64,000 nucleotides of DNA from Gemmatales bacterium (GTDB lineage Bacteria; Planctomycetota; Planctomycetia; Gemmatales; HRBIN36). Positions 30,678-41,109 of this stretch are shown piece after piece. The translations under genes were made by a program, and so were the position numbers. The DNA lies in the NCBI GenBank assembly GCA_041640595.1, contig JBEPZY010000001.1:1088001-1152000 (forward strand), read 5' to 3'. Within the stretch, counting starts at the first letter, position 1; each line of letters opens with the position of its first letter. The notes beneath the pieces are model-generated. The model saw nothing but the letters and a program-made list of their open reading frames with translations, had not been told where the DNA came from and did not search any database.

Positions 30678-30727
30678 CGGCTAGCGAAGGGATTGCATCC
30701 TACCATCCCCACCAGCCTGAGGGAGGA

Positions 30728-31363
30728 ATGCCCATGCCTGAAACACCCCACCCCAGTAGCAAGCCGGGCATCTCCCGGCGCGAGTTTCTCAGCGGCACAG
30801 GTTTGACGGCAGCGGCTACGGCTCTGCTCCAGACCGATGAAACGTTTGGCCAGGCCGAGAAAACTAAGGCACCTGCTACGCCAGGATTCGGTCCCCGGCC
30901 AGTGGCTTGTGAATTGCTGGTCAACGGGGCACGAATCAATGTGCAAATTGAGCCGCGGGTGACGTTGCTCGATTGTTTGCGGAATTACATGGATGTGACC
31001 GGCCCGAAACGGGTCTGCGATCGCGGTACCTGCGGTGCGTGCACGGTTCTGCTGGATGGCAAACCCATCTACGCCTGCACCATGCTGGCACTGGAAGCGC
31101 AGGGCAAAGCCATCGAAACACCGGAACATCTCTACCAGGATGGTCAGCTCCACCGCGTGCCCGCAGCATTTGCTCAATATGACGCCCAGCAATGCGGTTT
31201 TTGCACACCGGGATTTGTTATGGCCATGAAGGCTTGTTTCGACCGCAACCCGAAAGCCACGCCCAGAGAAGTCGAGCATTGTCTGGCTGGCAACATCTGC
31301 CGCTGCGGAACTTATCAGCAAATGCGCGACGCCCTGCGCAGTCTTTGCCGGAAGGGAGGCTAA
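30728..31363 (+). CDS. Xanthine dehydrogenase/aldehyde oxidoreductase 2Fe-2S subunit with Tat signal (PaoA/YagT-like)
   Basis: SRREFL Tat motif; CDRGTCGAC, QCGFCTPG and NICRC. Confidence 0.95.
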   Translation: MPMPETPHPSSKPGISRREFLSGTGLTAAATALLQTDETFGQAEKTKAPATPGFGPRPVACELLVNGARINVQIEPRVTLLDCLRNYMDVTGPKRVCDRGTCGACTVLLDGKPIYACTMLALEAQGKAIETPEHLYQDGQLHRVPAAFAQYDAQQCGFCTPGFVMAMKACFDRNPKATPREVEHCLAGNICRCGTYQQMRDALRSLCRKGG

Positions 31364-31366
31364 GCC

Positions 31367-33628
31367 ATGGCGGAAATCAAATGGCCGGAAAAACGCCGCG
31401 TAATCGGTACCAAAGTGCAACGCCTGGACGGTCCCGATAAGGCGACCGGCCGGGCACGCTATAGCCAGGACATCAATCGGCCGGGCATGCTGCACGCCGT
31501 TATTCTCCGCAGTCCCCATGCCCATTGCCGCATTAAGAGTCTGGATATTTCCGAAGCGGCGAAGGCTCCCGGCGTGCGAGCCATTGTTACGGTCGGACAG
31601 CTGCAATACACCGGCGGTCGCAAAGAAGGCAAGCCTGGCTGGTTATTCCCCATCAGCCTCACCGATGCGAATCGGGAGTTGTTCTATCACGGCGATGAAA
31701 TTCTCGCCATCGCCGCAGACACGGAAGAGCATGCCCGCGATGCGTTGCGGCTGGTCAAAATCGAATTTGAACCGCTGCCGTTCATCGTCAAGGAAAGTAC
31801 GGCTCTGCAAAAACGCCAGGCTCCCAGCACCGTGCCTGGAAAAGACGCCAGCAACGTTTTGCCGGGTGGGACTCGTACTGCTGGCAATCCCGACCTCGCC
31901 AGGAAAGAAGCGGAAGTGCTGGTCAGTGGTACCTACGGCGTACCGGTCATAACGCACTGCTGCCTGGAAACGCACGGTCTGGTTGCCGAGTGGGAAAGCC
32001 CGAAAAGTCTGGTCATCTGGTGCACCACGCAAGCTGTGCCTGGAACCGCGGGCCAATTGCAAGGATTTTTCGCCGGCCACGGCATTAACTGCACCGTCCG
32101 CTGCATTACGCACTATATGGGCGGCGGATTCGGCAGCAAGTTCGGCCCGGATATTCAGGGGCAACTCGCGGCTGTGCTGGCCTGGATCGCCCAGGCTCCA
32201 GTCAAACTCTTCCTCGACCGCGATGAGGAACATCTGGCCGCGGGCAATCGCCCCAGCGCCACTGCCAGCGTGACGATCGGCGGCCGCAAGGATGGTACAA
32301 TTACGCTCTTTGAAGCCAGCAGCTACGGCACTCCCGGTATCGGTCGCGCCGCTGGGGTCAATACTGCGATTCTCCCTTACGTTTACGAGATCCCGAACGT
32401 TCGCGTGAGCACCGACATTGTCAGGCTCAATCACGGTGCGGCGCGGGCCATGCGGGCACCAGCTCATCCGCAAAATTGCTTCATCACCGAGTCAGCCGTT
32501 GACGACTTCGCTAACGCGGCCGGGTTGGACCCCATGGAAGTGCGATTGAAAAACCTGCCCAAAAACGACCCGGCAGCAATGAAAACCGCCCCGACCTCGT
32601 TCCCGGCCTTACGCGAGACTATTTACCGCGACGAAATTCAAATTGCCGCCGAGTTGTCGCAGTGGAAAAAGAAGTGGCATCCGCCCGGCAAAGGTCCGAC
32701 CAAAGGCCCCTGGAAACACGGTATGGGCATGGCCCTGCACACCTGGGGCGGCGCCGGTCGCGCGGATAACGACGTGTTCGTCTCCATACACAGCGACGGT
32801 TCGGTCGTGGTCCAGTGCTCGACCCAGGATTTAGGTACCGGCGAGCGCACTGTTCTGGCCATCGTCGTCGCCGAGGTGCTCGGTCTGGAGCCGAAAGACA
32901 TCACTGTCATCATCGGCGAAAGCCAGATTGGCCGTTCGACAGGTTCCGGCGGGAGCACGACCACGGCCGGCACTGCCCCGGCTGCGTTGGTGGCCGCTAT
33001 CAATGCCCGTGATCAGCTGCTGCAAAAGATCGCTCCCAAACTGGGCGCCAGGCCGGAAAATCTTGTCCTCGAGCCCGGCAAGATTACCGACAAGGCCAGC
33101 GGTAAGAGCTTTTCGTGGCGGCAGGCCTGTGCTCGACTCGGCATGGAATCGGTGCGCGGCCAAGGGAACTGGCAAGAGGGTCTCTCCGGGTCCGGTGTGG
33201 GCGGAGTGCAGGTCGCCGAGGTTTGGGTGGATACCGAGACCGGCGTCGTCAGACTCGAGAAAATTGTTGCCGTACAGGATTGCGGCATGGTCGTCAACAA
33301 GCTCGGCTGCGAATCGCAAGTGGCCGGTGGCGTCATCATGGGCATCAACCTCGCCATGTTCGAGGAGATGATCGTGGATGAGCAGACCGGCCGGATGGTC
33401 AATCCGGACTTCGAGTTCTACAAACTCGGTGGCATTCTGGATATGCCGGAGATTATCGTTCACATGCACGACATGCCGGAGCGCGGCGTGATCGGTATCG
33501 GCGAGCCGCCCACCATCAGCACTGCCGCGGCTATCGGCAACGCCATCTGCAACGCTCTGGGTGTGCGCGTGCCACGCACTCCGTTTAGCCCCGACCGGGT
33601 GCTGGCCGCTTTACATGGGAAAAAATAA
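31367..33628 (+). CDS. Xanthine dehydrogenase family molybdopterin-binding subunit (PaoC/YagR-like)
   Basis: DKATGRARY, GGGFGSK, AMRAP, DLGTG and GIGEP motifs. Confidence 0.95.
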   Translation: MAEIKWPEKRRVIGTKVQRLDGPDKATGRARYSQDINRPGMLHAVILRSPHAHCRIKSLDISEAAKAPGVRAIVTVGQLQYTGGRKEGKPGWLFPISLTDANRELFYHGDEILAIAADTEEHARDALRLVKIEFEPLPFIVKESTALQKRQAPSTVPGKDASNVLPGGTRTAGNPDLARKEAEVLVSGTYGVPVITHCCLETHGLVAEWESPKSLVIWCTTQAVPGTAGQLQGFFAGHGINCTVRCITHYMGGGFGSKFGPDIQGQLAAVLAWIAQAPVKLFLDRDEEHLAAGNRPSATASVTIGGRKDGTITLFEASSYGTPGIGRAAGVNTAILPYVYEIPNVRVSTDIVRLNHGAARAMRAPAHPQNCFITESAVDDFANAAGLDPMEVRLKNLPKNDPAAMKTAPTSFPALRETIYRDEIQIAAELSQWKKKWHPPGKGPTKGPWKHGMGMALHTWGGAGRADNDVFVSIHSDGSVVVQCSTQDLGTGERTVLAIVVAEVLGLEPKDITVIIGESQIGRSTGSGGSTTTAGTAPAALVAAINARDQLLQKIAPKLGARPENLVLEPGKITDKASGKSFSWRQACARLGMESVRGQGNWQEGLSGSGVGGVQVAEVWVDTETGVVRLEKIVAVQDCGMVVNKLGCESQVAGGVIMGINLAMFEEMIVDEQTGRMVNPDFEFYKLGGILDMPEIIVHMHDMPERGVIGIGEPPTISTAAAIGNAICNALGVRVPRTPFSPDRVLAALHGKK

Positions 33629-33673
33629 CTACGGCAGCATCGGCTGTCGAAAAGCCGACAGGAGCAACCGGCT

Positions 33674-34693
33674 ATGAAAAACTTCACCTACTACCGACCA
33701 ACTTCCCTGGAAGCTGCCCTTGCCTTGCTCGACAACCGCTGGGGAACGACGGAATTGCTCGCCGGCGGCACCGATTTGCTCGACCTGCAGAAAGAATACG
33801 TCGCTCAACCCGAAAAAGTGGTCAGCCTCAACTTCATCCAGGAACCAGCTCTCACGCGGATTGACGTGCCTAATCTTCCTGCAGGTTCCAAGGGGGTGGT
33901 GAGCATTGGAGCCGCGGTCAAACTCGCTGACATAGCCGATCATCCCGAACTGAAAAAGCTTTTCCCGTCCCTGACCGACGCCGCCGGCCAGATTGGTGGG
34001 CCGCAGATTCGCAACATGGGCACGCTGGGCGGCAATCTTTGCCAGCGCAACCGTTGCTGGTACTTCCGCGACGAACACGTGCAGTGCCTGCTCAAAGGCG
34101 GTAGAAAATGTTACGCCACGGATGGGGAAAACCGCTACCACGCCATCTTCACCAAAGGCCACCCGTGCGTGATCGTGAATCCGTCCACTCTGGCCCCGGC
34201 TCTGATTGCCCTGGGAGCCAGCGCGGAAGTAGCCGGACCCCAAGGAAAACGCACGATTCCGCTGGCCCAGTTTTTCCAGGCACCTACGAAACCAGAGCAA
34301 CGCGAACATGTGCTGGCTCCGAATGAGATTGTGGTACGAGTGTTAATTCCGGTGGAAGGCCTGCGTAACGCCAGTTATGAGGTTCGCCACAAGCAGAGTT
34401 ACGACTGGCCACTTGTGCAGGCGGCGGTGGCGTTTCGCCTCAGCGGCGGCAAAGCAACGGACGTGAGAATTGTGCTGGGACACGTCGCTCCCACACCCCA
34501 CGTCGCCAGCGAAGCGCAAAAACTGGTAGAGGGCCAGACCATTACTCCCGAATTAGCGGCCCGGGCAGGTGAAGCTGCCACGGCGGGGGCCTCTCCGCTC
34601 AGCCAGAACGCCTACAAGGTGCATCTGGTGAAGGTGGCCGTGAAACGGGCTTTGCTGCTGGCCAGTGGTGCGACGCCCGATTGGGTGCTCTGA
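33674..34693 (+). CDS. Xanthine dehydrogenase family FAD-binding subunit (PaoB/YagS-like)
   Basis: AGGTDL and QIRNMGTLGGNLCQRNRCWYFR with the Cys-rich Fe-S insert. Confidence 0.95.
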   Translation: MKNFTYYRPTSLEAALALLDNRWGTTELLAGGTDLLDLQKEYVAQPEKVVSLNFIQEPALTRIDVPNLPAGSKGVVSIGAAVKLADIADHPELKKLFPSLTDAAGQIGGPQIRNMGTLGGNLCQRNRCWYFRDEHVQCLLKGGRKCYATDGENRYHAIFTKGHPCVIVNPSTLAPALIALGASAEVAGPQGKRTIPLAQFFQAPTKPEQREHVLAPNEIVVRVLIPVEGLRNASYEVRHKQSYDWPLVQAAVAFRLSGGKATDVRIVLGHVAPTPHVASEAQKLVEGQTITPELAARAGEAATAGASPLSQNAYKVHLVKVAVKRALLLASGATPDWVL

Positions 34694-35095
34694 GCCAGCT
34701 GGCTGGCGACAAAGGTAACCCGAATAACTGTCCCGCGCCCAGCTCCTGTTTGGTGCCATTGGCCTGACCAGTACGGAACTGGTTTGGCCGTTGGTTTCCG
34801 CTCTTCTATCGGCCCGAAGATAAAGTAGTTGATACCGTTCTTCGCACGCGCTGCTGGCGATTACATGCTGGCGCACGGCAAAACAATTTGCCAAACAATG
34901 GCTGTTATTACCACGCTATTGTTAGTTGCGGAACGGAAACGCATATCAGCCGCTATGCGACAAACAAGCGGTATCTTTTGTGCCCACGTTTACGGTGATT
35001 TATCCAGGTGCCGGGGAAGGTTCTGGAAAAACTTAACAACACGCGGTGGCAGTCCCAGCCAACTACCGCAACTGCCTGTATCAAACCAAGGAAGG

Positions 35096-35140
35096 CTTAA
35101 AACAACACGGGGTGGCGGAACCCGAAGGTTCGCCACCCCG
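35096..35140 (-). terminator. Rho-independent terminator of the DUF1559 gene
   Basis: 10-bp stem 35108-35117/35131-35140 plus a 4-bp stem with C(UUCG)G loop on the minus strand, followed by TGTTGTTTTAAG. Confidence 0.8.
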
Positions 35141-35219
35141 GCGGGGTTAGGTAGGGGAACATGCGTGAGAAGATGCAGAGGGGGCTTGTCGGCGCTTATA
35201 TTATAGGCGACGTTGGCAA

Positions 35220-36224
35220 TTATTCCAGGTCCTGCACGTTAAATTGCTGACCGTCATCCCGAATGCAGGCCAGCACCAGGACATCCAGATTGACGCTGTA
35301 GCGAATGCGGCGAAGGGAACGGTCGGCCATGACCGCATTGAAGCTGCCTGGATGTGCGGAGCCAAACGAAGCGGTGTTGGTTACTCCACGCGTATCCTGG
35401 AGTGGCTGGCTGTTGCCCTGGCGCACTGTGTCGCCATCGAATCCCGCCACATATCCTTCATTATCGCCTGGGTCACCACCGCTGTTCAGTGTGGACAGGT
35501 TGACGTACTTCTCACCGATCAGAACGGTATTGCTCGTGCCGTCCGGCACGCCACCGTCGAGACTGCAGATACGAGTGATCCAGGCAGGACCACCTTGCAA
35601 CCCACTGCGAATAATAATGCCGCTGCACTCGTACGCACCATAAGGCGGGCTGTTGTAAACGAAACCCGCGGCAGTTGTGTAGGCACCGCTCACTCCGCGC
35701 GATGCGGCATAATCCAGGAAAGCGATTGGGAAAGGCGCAGCTGGAGGCGGAGAAATCTGCGTGCCGGTCTGATCCACCGCCGCTACCAGGTTCCACGGAG
35801 TGCGGTTGTAATTAATCGCGGTGGGTCTGCGCCGACTGGGACAGAAGTAGGCGTTGATGGGCGTACTCAAGATCGTCGCTTCCTGACCAGCGGGCAAGCG
35901 GAAAAGTTGCTCCTGTTCGAGGTAAGGCAGAATCTGATACGCCCAGCCCCAGTTCTGGTACGGGGCCATAGCAGGTTGGCCGCTAATGATGACCCGCGGA
36001 GACTGCCAATCCCAGCCCGCACTGGGGAAGATGTTGAAATCGTTGTGGAAATTGTGAGCTGCCATCGCCATTTGCGAAAGGTTGTTTCCGCAGCGCATTC
36101 GGTTGGCAGCTTCTCGCACTCGCTGAATTGCCGGCAGTAACAGCGCCATGAGCAAGCCAATAATGGCGATAACCACCAGCAATTCAATCAGCGTGAATCC
36201 TCGCCGTGTTGCACGTAAGGTCAT
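35220..36224 (-). CDS. DUF1559 prepilin-type N-terminal cleavage/methylation protein
   Basis: GFTLIELLVVIAII, QRVREAANR, CPS, DGTSNT and HPG motifs. Confidence 0.95.
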   Translation of the reverse strand: MTLRATRRGFTLIELLVVIAIIGLLMALLLPAIQRVREAANRMRCGNNLSQMAMAAHNFHNDFNIFPSAGWDWQSPRVIISGQPAMAPYQNWGWAYQILPYLEQEQLFRLPAGQEATILSTPINAYFCPSRRRPTAINYNRTPWNLVAAVDQTGTQISPPPAAPFPIAFLDYAASRGVSGAYTTAAGFVYNSPPYGAYECSGIIIRSGLQGGPAWITRICSLDGGVPDGTSNTVLIGEKYVNLSTLNSGGDPGDNEGYVAGFDGDTVRQGNSQPLQDTRGVTNTASFGSAHPGSFNAVMADRSLRRIRYSVNLDVLVLACIRDDGQQFNVQDLE

Positions 36225-36540
36225 CTCGATCTACCTCCTTTTGTTGGAAATTGTGTGCGAGTCCCGGTAGCAGGTTGAAATTTGCTCCCCCGTGCTTCAC
36301 CCGTAGGGAAGCAGTACAGGCCTTCTTGCGCAGGAAATCGGCCGTGATGACGATGCGCGCAGGGCACACGCCAAACTGGCGCATCGTGCAGATGCGGAAT
36401 CAGACGCAGTCGTGTGTCATCGCGGGGAGAAAGGCGAAAGGATACGACTGGTTCGGTCGGCGGGAGTCTTCTCTGTTTCGTTGCTGCGGCGAGAAGGGAA
36501 GGCCGCCAGGTGGGTTAGTCAGTCATCCGTATCCTACCTA

Positions 36541-36568
36541 TTAGACGCGCTAGCGTCAAGAAAGTTCC
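36541..36568 (-). promoter_or_regulatory. Putative ECF-type promoter GGAACT-N15-CGTCTAA upstream of the DUF1559 gene
   Basis: Same -10 element and a similar -35 element as at 12750-12778. Confidence 0.45.
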
Positions 36569-36590
36569 GCAAAATTGTACGGGGAACTTC

Positions 36591-39500
36591 TTAAGGATTG
36601 ATGTGAATGGATTCGGTGCCGTCGAAACGGACACGATTGTCGCGCCGCCAGAACCAGATTCGCTTAGCCCGAACCGGTTCATATTCGCCGCCCGGAACTT
36701 TTTGCCGATACAAAGTGGCGCCCTGACTACCCTCGAAGATCAGTAAGTCCTTGGCCTCATCAAAAGAAACGCGGTCGGCGTGGGCATAAAACTGCCGGGC
36801 TCGCACACGAACACCATGCAACGCAAGCAATTCCTGCGAAGAGCCGCCGTTTTCGAGCTTACGACTGGTGAATTTGAGTTCCCCACAGGATAAAGCCAAA
36901 CCATCTTCGGGCAAGCGGTCGGGATCTATGGCTTCGTCGGGGTCTGCGGCGGTCACATGCACGAGCTGAACGCCTCCGGTGAAGCTGACCAGATCGGTCT
37001 GCTTATCATCCGCTTTGGTGGCCTGCATGTGGCCATCGTAACGAATGCGGGTCAGTTTGAAGCTACCGGTGGTCGCGGCAGAAGCCGAGCTTCGCCCCTG
37101 GTTCGGTTGGACTGAACCAGGTTTAGTCGGTGTGCCCGACGTTGGGCCAGGCAGGAAGCCCCCAGCGGGATTGTGCTGAATTTCGCTAGCCGGCTGGAAA
37201 ACCTGCACTACTCCGGGTCCGTAGGCCGTGAGCGTGCCGGATTCGTGATCGTAAGCCAGCTCCCTGGCCTCGATACGCTGCAGCAGTTTGTAACGGTCGG
37301 CCTCGAGGATGGCTTTTTCGAGCCGAACGTCCTGTTCGCACATCAACCTGGACAGGGCTGCCGGAGCCTCAGACCGATTCAGGTCCGCAGGCTTTTGCTC
37401 TCGCAAAGAGACTTTGCGGTCGAGAAGCAGAGACAGTCTGCGGCAAGCCAGACGCGAATTTCCTTGTACCGCCTGGACGCCACCATCAAATTCGGCAAGT
37501 CGGCCATCGAAGAACATACTCTGGTTCCAATCCACCACGACCTCGGCAGGTTCACGGAGCGGGTTGCCCTGAAAATCATTGCGAGCCGGCAGCCGCATCG
37601 AACCCAGCCCATCTACCTCCACGGTATTGAGTACCTGGTCCACTTTGATCACCGGCCCCCGCATGGCCATCTGACCGAAGTGCACGCTGGCGGGTTGAAC
37701 AGGGGTTCCTTCGAGGCGCAGAATGTCACCATGGGAAGTACGTTGCAAATGGAGCAGGCCACAACGGATTTGCCAGGAACGATTTTGCGGCGAGGCAGGC
37801 GGTTGTTCGACCTGAACCTGACCCTGAGCGGAAACGGAGCGGAGCTCGGCACGAGTTGGCGAACCGACAGCGATTGTCTCAATGGTGCGAGCTCGCAGTA
37901 CCAGTGGCGGACGCTTTTGCTGAGTCGGTTCCGCGGATCTCGCCGGTTTGGAATCTTTGATTGAGCCAGCCGCTGCGGTGCTGCTATCGGAAGCTGGGCC
38001 GGGAGCTCGTCCTGTCTGCGCATGATGAGGCGAAGGAGCGATGGGGTTTGCTCGACCCTGTATAGCGTTTTCGGATGGTTCGAGCGGTGCTTCGTGCAGT
38101 TCCACACGTAGCCGTTCGGTCTGAGGCACCACCAGCGTTTCCGACTGTAACGAGACATTCCCCGACGCTTCCAGACACCGTGGAATGCGGTTCCCGGCGG
38201 CCTTTTCGGTTTGCGAGGGAACAGCACCCTGGATAACCGCAGCGGAGGTTGCGCCGGAAGAACCATCGTTCCGGGCAGACGCAACCCTGTCGGCTTGGGA
38301 ACCGTTTGCTGGTGCACTTCCTGGTGGGGCCAATTCCAGCCATAACAGCAGATGGTCCGCACGTAGCGAACCACGCTGAGGTTCTTCCAGCAACACGTTC
38401 CCGCTCAACAGCAATCGTTCCAGAGAACCGTCCCGTTCCAGACGCATTTGTTCGCGCCAGCGGACGACCAGTGTCAGTTGTTCACTTTGTCTTCTTCCCC
38501 GCAACCAGGCGGTTCCAGGTCCGCGTGCCTGTGCTTCTCGCAGTTCCCGAATCTGGTTTTCTGGAGTTCGCAGGGTAAGCGAACCGGTTACCTGCAAGCG
38601 ATGTCCATCGTAAATAGCTTCCAGAGGTTTTCCGACCAGCACGGCAGAATTGCTGCCGCGATCGAGCACCAGCTCGCTGCCGGTAGCATGCAGACCTTCG
38701 CTTTCCACCGTCAGTTCCAGAGGCTCGCCGACAGCACGAGCGGAAACCAGTTCGACGGCTGCTTCGGAATCTTCCGATTTCGATTTGCCGCTGTTGTTTT
38801 TCCGGCGGAATTGCAAAGTCAGCGATTGGCAGCGCAGCTCATCCAGCAATTGAGTGCCGGACGGATTTGCCTCCGCTGGCACGATGCGGATCAGGTGAAC
38901 GCGGTGGTAAAACTCGGCCCGATCCTCCGGAACGCGGTACAGGAATGGTCCATCTGCAATCACCTTGACCGGAGACCGACGGGCCGGTTTCCTGGCCGGT
39001 TCAGCGGCAGTGCTGGCGGTAGTAACCGGGGCAGTCGGTTTGGATGACGCTGATGCTGAGCCAGACGGACTGTTGGGTCGGCCAGGTTTACCGATTCCAC
39101 CGAATAAGGCGGTATGGGCGTCCACCTGGAAATACATCTGCACGTTGCTGGCCAGTTCAACGCTCCGCACGCCGGTTATGGTCGCCCGGCTCGGTTTCGC
39201 CGGCGGTGAGCGAGATGGCTCAGTTTCCAGCAACACCTCCAGACCCACACCGGTGATTTTGCCTGTTTCGGGATCGCCATCCACGATTTCAACAGCAGCT
39301 TCCGTCCAGATGCGATGCTGACGGTCATCATACTCCAGCCAGTCGGTGAACAGGTGCAGGTCATCGTCCGGATTGGGAGTACGGCGATGATGACGGAGGT
39401 GAACCTGATTGACTTTGCCGGTAGCGGGATCGATTCGTCCTTCGATTCGGCCAGCCACGGGCTTGCGATTGGCGACATCCCGAACACTGGTGAGCGGCTT

Positions 39501-39920
39501 ATCAAACTCGATGATGGCCCGGTCGCCCTGAAGAGTAGCGATGTCGGGTTGCGCGGATTCGCTCTTTTTTTTACCAAAGAAAGCTACGGCGACCTGTTCG
39601 AGTTCGAGCTTGCCCTGGGGGTTGAGAAAAGCTTTCTGCGCAGCCAGCACCAAACCGTGTTGCACCGATTCAATGAGGATGGGACGGTCAGCCTCTTTAG
39701 CCTGCGGCCCGAACGCCAGGCGCAACTTGCGTACCACAGGCGGTTCGGGATTGGGCGTGTCGCGCACTGGTGCGAAGTCTGTTTTTTGACCGGGCCAGTA
39801 TTCCGCGGGCAGCGGTGTCAACCCGTCATAACCCCCCAGAAAAAACAGGTACACCTGGTACAACGCCAGGCACACCGCCAGACCGGCCAGCATCCACAGC
39901 AGCCGTTTCGGTGGCAGCAT
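36591..39920 (-). CDS. Large membrane-anchored beta-rich protein, possibly multi-domain LptC/LptA (OstA-like)
   Basis: One N-terminal TM helix, then repeated short beta-strand motifs (FDGGVQAVQG, LEASGNV, AQGQVQV, ADRVSFD) with low-complexity linkers; directly downstream of kdsD. Confidence 0.55.
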   Translation of the reverse strand: MLPPKRLLWMLAGLAVCLALYQVYLFFLGGYDGLTPLPAEYWPGQKTDFAPVRDTPNPEPPVVRKLRLAFGPQAKEADRPILIESVQHGLVLAAQKAFLNPQGKLELEQVAVAFFGKKKSESAQPDIATLQGDRAIIEFDKPLTSVRDVANRKPVAGRIEGRIDPATGKVNQVHLRHHRRTPNPDDDLHLFTDWLEYDDRQHRIWTEAAVEIVDGDPETGKITGVGLEVLLETEPSRSPPAKPSRATITGVRSVELASNVQMYFQVDAHTALFGGIGKPGRPNSPSGSASASSKPTAPVTTASTAAEPARKPARRSPVKVIADGPFLYRVPEDRAEFYHRVHLIRIVPAEANPSGTQLLDELRCQSLTLQFRRKNNSGKSKSEDSEAAVELVSARAVGEPLELTVESEGLHATGSELVLDRGSNSAVLVGKPLEAIYDGHRLQVTGSLTLRTPENQIRELREAQARGPGTAWLRGRRQSEQLTLVVRWREQMRLERDGSLERLLLSGNVLLEEPQRGSLRADHLLLWLELAPPGSAPANGSQADRVASARNDGSSGATSAAVIQGAVPSQTEKAAGNRIPRCLEASGNVSLQSETLVVPQTERLRVELHEAPLEPSENAIQGRANPIAPSPHHAQTGRAPGPASDSSTAAAGSIKDSKPARSAEPTQQKRPPLVLRARTIETIAVGSPTRAELRSVSAQGQVQVEQPPASPQNRSWQIRCGLLHLQRTSHGDILRLEGTPVQPASVHFGQMAMRGPVIKVDQVLNTVEVDGLGSMRLPARNDFQGNPLREPAEVVVDWNQSMFFDGRLAEFDGGVQAVQGNSRLACRRLSLLLDRKVSLREQKPADLNRSEAPAALSRLMCEQDVRLEKAILEADRYKLLQRIEARELAYDHESGTLTAYGPGVVQVFQPASEIQHNPAGGFLPGPTSGTPTKPGSVQPNQGRSSASAATTGSFKLTRIRYDGHMQATKADDKQTDLVSFTGGVQLVHVTAADPDEAIDPDRLPEDGLALSCGELKFTSRKLENGGSSQELLALHGVRVRARQFYAHADRVSFDEAKDLLIFEGSQGATLYRQKVPGGEYEPVRAKRIWFWRRDNRVRFDGTESIHINP

Positions 39921-40041
39921 GACTTAGCAAGGCCGCAAATTCAGCGTTTTTACGGGATTGCCACGGGAAGGTTTGGGGCTTGGCCCGAAGTAGCGGCTGG
40001 CCAAGCAATCATCTATTCTCCGCTGGAAGCGTGAATGCGGT

Positions 40042-41109
40042 TCAAGCTGCACGAGCCCACTCGGAAGATTCCGCTAAAGCAGTTTCGCCTGGCATCCAGT
40101 TCAGCACGTCCGTGATGTCCAGCAGCCCGACCGGTCTGCCGTCGGCATCAACGACCGGCAGCTCGCTAATGCGTCGCTGGCTCATGATTTCGATGGCATC
40201 CCACACCCGTGTTCCGGTCGGGACAGTGATTGGAGTGCGTGTCATGACTTCGGCAATCGGCCGGTCCAGAGCAGCGTCGCGCCGCTGTTCAAACAGCCGA
40301 GCCAGATCACTATCGGTAAAAATGCCCACCAATCTGCCGGTTTCATCCACCAGCAACACGGCACCGGTGCGCCGACCTTTCCGAGAACAGCGAGCGAAAA
40401 CCTCCCGCACAGTTTCCCCAGCCGGCGCGATCCGCAACTGTTCGCCACGCCGCATAATTTGCTCCACCTTCATCAACCTCCGTCCCAAACTACCGGCGGG
40501 ATGATAGCGGGCGAAATCCTCCTGGCCGAACTTTCGCATCCGGCTGAGCACAAACGCAAGGGCGTCGCCCACCGCCAGCATCACCGTCGTGCTCGTGCTC
40601 GGCGCCAGACCAAGTGGGCAGGCTTCCCGAATCGGCCCCAGAACAATCGCCACGTCCGCCAACCGTGCCAGCGTGGATCGCGGCTGGCTGGTCAGCCCAA
40701 TGACTGCCAGTGCCATCTGTTTCAAACTTGGCAATAACCGCACCAACTCTTCACTTTCGCCACTATGCGACAGAGCAAGTACCACATCCTGCGGTGCCAC
40801 CATGCCAAGGTCGCCATGCACCGCTCGCGTTACGTCCAGCACATACGCGCGGGTACCGGTGGAATTAAGAGTACCGGCAATCTTCTGCCCCACATCGGCG
40901 GACTTACCCGTGCCAGTGACGCAGATGCGCCCGGGACAGGAATAGATCAGATCAACCGCCTGCAAAAACGGTGGCCCTAACCGCTCTGCCACTTCCTCAA
41001 GGGCACGCGCTTCCGTTCGCAGAATTTGACGGGCATATTGCAGCCGATCAAATTCCCAGGCGGAATCCGTTGCGTTCATCTTTACCATTTCGGAATCATT
41101 GCCTTGCAT
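40042..41109 (-). CDS. kdsD: Arabinose-5-phosphate isomerase (KpsF/GutQ; SIS + CBS domains)
   Basis: TGTGKS, HGDLG, SHSGESEE, APSTST and HPAGSLG motifs with a C-terminal CBS pair; start uncertain. Confidence 0.93.
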   Translation of the reverse strand: MQGNDSEMVKMNATDSAWEFDRLQYARQILRTEARALEEVAERLGPPFLQAVDLIYSCPGRICVTGTGKSADVGQKIAGTLNSTGTRAYVLDVTRAVHGDLGMVAPQDVVLALSHSGESEELVRLLPSLKQMALAVIGLTSQPRSTLARLADVAIVLGPIREACPLGLAPSTSTTVMLAVGDALAFVLSRMRKFGQEDFARYHPAGSLGRRLMKVEQIMRRGEQLRIAPAGETVREVFARCSRKGRRTGAVLLVDETGRLVGIFTDSDLARLFEQRRDAALDRPIAEVMTRTPITVPTGTRVWDAIEIMSQRRISELPVVDADGRPVGLLDITDVLNWMPGETALAESSEWARAA

